Position numbers and translations under genes: made by a program. Shown piece after piece: positions 61,237-64,000 of a stretch of 64,000 nucleotides of DNA. The stretch comes from Candidatus Babeliales bacterium (GTDB lineage Bacteria; Babelota; Babeliae; Babelales; Vermiphilaceae), in the NCBI GenBank assembly GCA_963743635.1, contig CAVUQO010000003.1, forward strand, positions 672,001 through 736,000, in the 5' to 3' direction. The number at the start of each line of letters is the position of its first letter. Position 1 is the stretch's first letter. A model generated the notes under the pieces. It did not search any database and was not told where the DNA came from. It worked only from the letters and a program-made list of their open reading frames with translations.

Positions 61237-62106
61237 TTAAAATAGTTTTCCATGCATTTTCTCAAGACGTTCAATTCGTTGTTTCATAGGCGGGTGTGTT
61301 GAAAATAGGGATATGAGAAAACCATCGTTAGTAAAAGGATTCGCAATAAATAAATGTGCAGTACTTGCTTGCGATGCATTTTTTTGATCTAAGTGCGCAT
61401 AGGGCATATGCTGGTGTAATTTTTTAAGTGCTGATGCTAATGCTAGTGGGTCGTGGCAACATTTGGCTCCAGTTTCATCGGCAAGGAATTCACGTGATCG
61501 CGAGATAGCAAGTTGAATTAATGACGCGGCAATCGGAACTAAGAATGAAATAAGCATCATGACGATTGGGCTCGTTGAACCATTTCTACGATCTCGATTT
61601 CCGCCAAAAATTGCTGACCAGTAAAGCCAATTTGCCAGATAACCAATTGTAGCGGCGAGCGTTGCAGCGATGCTTGAAACCAGTATGTCGCGATTGAGGA
61701 CGTGTCCTAATTCGTGTGCCAGTACGCCTCGTAATTCATCTTTATCGAGTAAGTTTAAGATACCCGTTGTGACGGCAACAGAGGCATGCTGAGGATTGCG
61801 CCCCGTTGCGAATGCGTTTGCCATCGGTGTATTAATGATCCACAGTTTTGGCATTGGCAGATGCATGGTGTGCGTTAATTCTTCAACGATTTCATAGATC
61901 CATTCATATTTCGTGCGATCGAGCGGTTGTGCGCCATACATGCGTAGTACAATTTTATCGGAGTAAAAGTATGCGATACCGTTCATAGCGATAGCAAGTA
62001 CAAGCGCAAGAATGATGCTTTGTTCGCCACCAAAAATATTTCCCAAGAATAAGAGAATGCCACTGAGTGATCCAAGAAGGAGTGCTGTTTTAATTTGATT
62101 CCACAT
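61237..62106 (-). CDS. htpX: Zinc metalloprotease HtpX (M48 family)
   Basis: NAFATGRNP, GVLAHELGH, AISRSREFLAD, LFSTHPP. Confidence 0.96.
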   Translation of the reverse strand: MWNQIKTALLLGSLSGILLFLGNIFGGEQSIILALVLAIAMNGIAYFYSDKIVLRMYGAQPLDRTKYEWIYEIVEELTHTMHLPMPKLWIINTPMANAFATGRNPQHASVAVTTGILNLLDKDELRGVLAHELGHVLNRDILVSSIAATLAATIGYLANWLYWSAIFGGNRDRRNGSTSPIVMMLISFLVPIAASLIQLAISRSREFLADETGAKCCHDPLALASALKKLHQHMPYAHLDQKNASQASTAHLFIANPFTNDGFLISLFSTHPPMKQRIERLEKMHGKLF

Positions 62107-62139
62107 AGTCTGTACCTTTTTGCTAATTTTTTATTATGC

Positions 62140-62258
62140 CCCGTTTGTCCTGCGTGCCCTGCATGGTTCGATACGCTCTGCTACTCACCACGAACGGGAT
62201 AATATTTTCTTCCGTTCATCCTGCGTGCCCTGCATAGCCTTGGCGACGCATGGGAGGG
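62140..62258. repeat. Composite REP cluster (family 1 and 2 arms) abutting the hspR-like stop codon
   Basis: TGGTTCGATAC...CTCACCACGAACGG; CCGTTCATCCTG...GGAGGG; internal direct repeat TCCTGCGTGCCCTGCAT. Confidence 0.7.
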
Positions 62259-62750
62259 TTATTCCTCATCGTATTCAATATCCCAATTATCGGCATCGAT
62301 AACTTCAGGATCTTCTTGTTTTGGATGCGGAATAATACTGCTGAGTTGATCACTTGAAGGATGTGATGCACCTTTGAGGACCATCAACTTTTTCATTGCT
62401 TCTCGCGCATCTTCTTTTGATAATTCGGTTTGCTGATCAAGTTGATCACTTGTTTCATCAAAAATCTTATTCATATCCTTTTGCATCTTTTTGATCTGCT
62501 TTTTCAGCTTTAAAATCATCTCGACGCCAGCCAGATTTATGCCCAAATTGTGCGTTAAATGGATGATTTCTTCAAGGCGATTCACATCTTCTTCAGAGAA
62601 GAGACGGGTATTGCCATCTGAACGTTTGGGCGATATCAGTCCTTCTTTCTCATAGAGGCGAATGGTTTGTTGGTGAACGGAGAACATTTGAGCTACCGCA
62701 GATATCGAAAAAAAGCCCTTTTTTCTTTGCATAACAGCCATACTATACAT
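62259..62750 (-). CDS. hspR: MerR-family regulator, HspR-like
   Basis: FSISAVAQMFSVHQQTIRLYEKEGLISPKRSDGNTRLFS...LGINLAGVEMIL; upstream of htpX. Confidence 0.8.
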   Translation of the reverse strand: MYSMAVMQRKKGFFSISAVAQMFSVHQQTIRLYEKEGLISPKRSDGNTRLFSEEDVNRLEEIIHLTHNLGINLAGVEMILKLKKQIKKMQKDMNKIFDETSDQLDQQTELSKEDAREAMKKLMVLKGASHPSSDQLSSIIPHPKQEDPEVIDADNWDIEYDEE

Positions 62751-63011
62751 TTCCGGTTAATAACATTATTCATACTCTCTACCTTATACATTCTAGCATA
62801 ATATGGAATACAAATCATGCTAAATTGTTGAATATGCCCTTCTTGAGTACGCTTTTGGGTTGCGCATAGGGTAAATGTTACTATATGTAAAGTTATAGGG
62901 GCAAAAAACTCATTTTGCAGGTATAGGTTGACAAAATAGCCCTTTTTTTCAGAGTATAAAGGTGCTGAAAGTATTTTGGATACTAACTATACCCACTCAA
63001 AGGAGAGTCTT

Positions 63012-64000
63012 ATGAAAACAGCAAAATACCCTCATAATCGTGTTCTTTTTACACTAGTCGCACTCCTGAGTGTCGTGAATGGTTCCCTTCAGGGGTTTCT
63101 TGGGCCTCGCACCCTCATTTTGCCTCGATCGCAGAGTGTTAATGCGGCACGGGATCTGGTTGGCTGGCAACAGCAATTGCATAGGCACGATGAGACGGGT
63201 AATTATTGGCTCTTGGCCTTTACCCCTGAATATACCCATACCTTCGCCCAAAATCATCTGACGGACCAGGTCTTTGGTGCTAGTTGTTTTAAGGTGACCG
63301 GCAGTGCCGTTGAGGATCGCCAATCTACCGATCTGCTCGCAGATTATTTTGAGCTGCCGCGCGATTATCAGGGAAGGCTTTCTATATCGCCGCTGATTTC
63401 ACAGTTTATTGCGGATTTTAACTTCTATGTGGGACTTGATCGTATATGCCCAGGGCTCTTTTTTATTATCCATTTTCCAGTTGTTAGCAGCAAATGGGAT
63501 ATTCGTTTAGAGGAATGTGTTATTGATCCGGGAACTGATTTTCATCCTGCGGGTTATTTCAGTGATGAACGCATTGATCGTAAAGATTTGTTATTTGATA
63601 TGCGTGAGTATTTGAGAGGGCATCGTACGATTGGTGATGTCAAAGAGCCGTTGTGTTATCAAAAAGTTATAGGATTAACAGGGCGTAACGTAGCGAATAG
63701 ACTTTCAGATGTGCAGGGGGCTCTTGGCTATGATTTGGTATCTCGTGATAGAGGACATTTTGGTATTGAACTGCGCGCGTCTGCGCCCGCTGGTAATCGT
63801 CCGCAGCAACGTTATTTATTTGATGCAGTTGTTGGTAATGGACATCACTGGGAGTTGGGAGGAGGTTTAACGAGCCATTGCCGTATCTGGGAAAATGATA
63901 GGCACCAATTTTTGGTATATCTGGATGCCAATATCACGCATTTATTTTCGAGTGATTCTCAACGTTCATTTAATTTGATCGGGCGATGTGCAGGGAGTCG
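63012..64000 (+). CDS. P13: further member of the beta-barrel family, runs off the window (absent from the ORF track)
   Basis: AAGGAG RBS; MKTAKYPHNRVLFTLVALLSVV...PRSQSVNAARDLVGW, LLADYFELPRDY, DFNFYVGL, GNGHHWELGGG. Confidence 0.85.
   Translation, partial: MKTAKYPHNRVLFTLVALLSVVNGSLQGFLGPRTLILPRSQSVNAARDLVGWQQQLHRHDETGNYWLLAFTPEYTHTFAQNHLTDQVFGASCFKVTGSAVEDRQSTDLLADYFELPRDYQGRLSISPLISQFIADFNFYVGLDRICPGLFFIIHFPVVSSKWDIRLEECVIDPGTDFHPAGYFSDERIDRKDLLFDMREYLRGHRTIGDVKEPLCYQKVIGLTGRNVANRLSDVQGALGYDLVSRDRGHFGIELRASAPAGNRPQQRYLFDAVVGNGHHWELGGGLTSHCRIWENDRHQFLVYLDANITHLFSSDSQRSFNLIGRCAGS

Noticed and set aside
6492..62258. CRISPR array
   Set aside because: The repeats are dispersed inverted doublets, not regularly spaced direct repeats, and no cas genes are present.
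62842..62862. Full HAIR operator upstream of the hspR-like gene
   Set aside because: Only the CTTGAGT half site is present; the second half does not match.

Overview
This is a bacterial chromosome window. The many Sec-signal ankyrin, SET and MutS-like proteins suggest a host-associated lineage, most likely Candidatus Dependentiae/Babeliota (TM6); this is an inference. Housekeeping genes include lepA, gyrA, dprA, rpmF, plsX, gltX, a fabD-like gene, acpP, uppP, ftsK, murF, rsmH, spoVG, tRNA-Gln, maf, htpX and an hspR-like gene. They flank a ~32 kb locus (14.3-46.5 kb) holding 12 tandem minus-strand paralogs (P1-P12) of one ~530-710 aa protein family. Members have signal peptides and look like outer-membrane beta-barrels with hypervariable loops; the central ones carry CxxxC repeat tracts. 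A 13th member starts at 63012 and runs off the window. Three plus-strand secreted beta-helix, adhesin-like paralogs (A1-A3) sit inside the array. Central paralogs share a promoter motif with an A8-9 tract, a double Shine-Dalgarno structured leader and related terminators, and they show signs of recombination between paralogs. Other oddities are a LepA with mitochondrial GUF1-like motifs, a FabD lacking its catalytic Ser, GyrA Q83/N87, and REP-like repeats that often start right after stop codons. Patches of single-base indels in gyrA, fabD/acpP, P1-P2, P8-P9 and ftsK look like sequencing errors rather than true pseudogenes.
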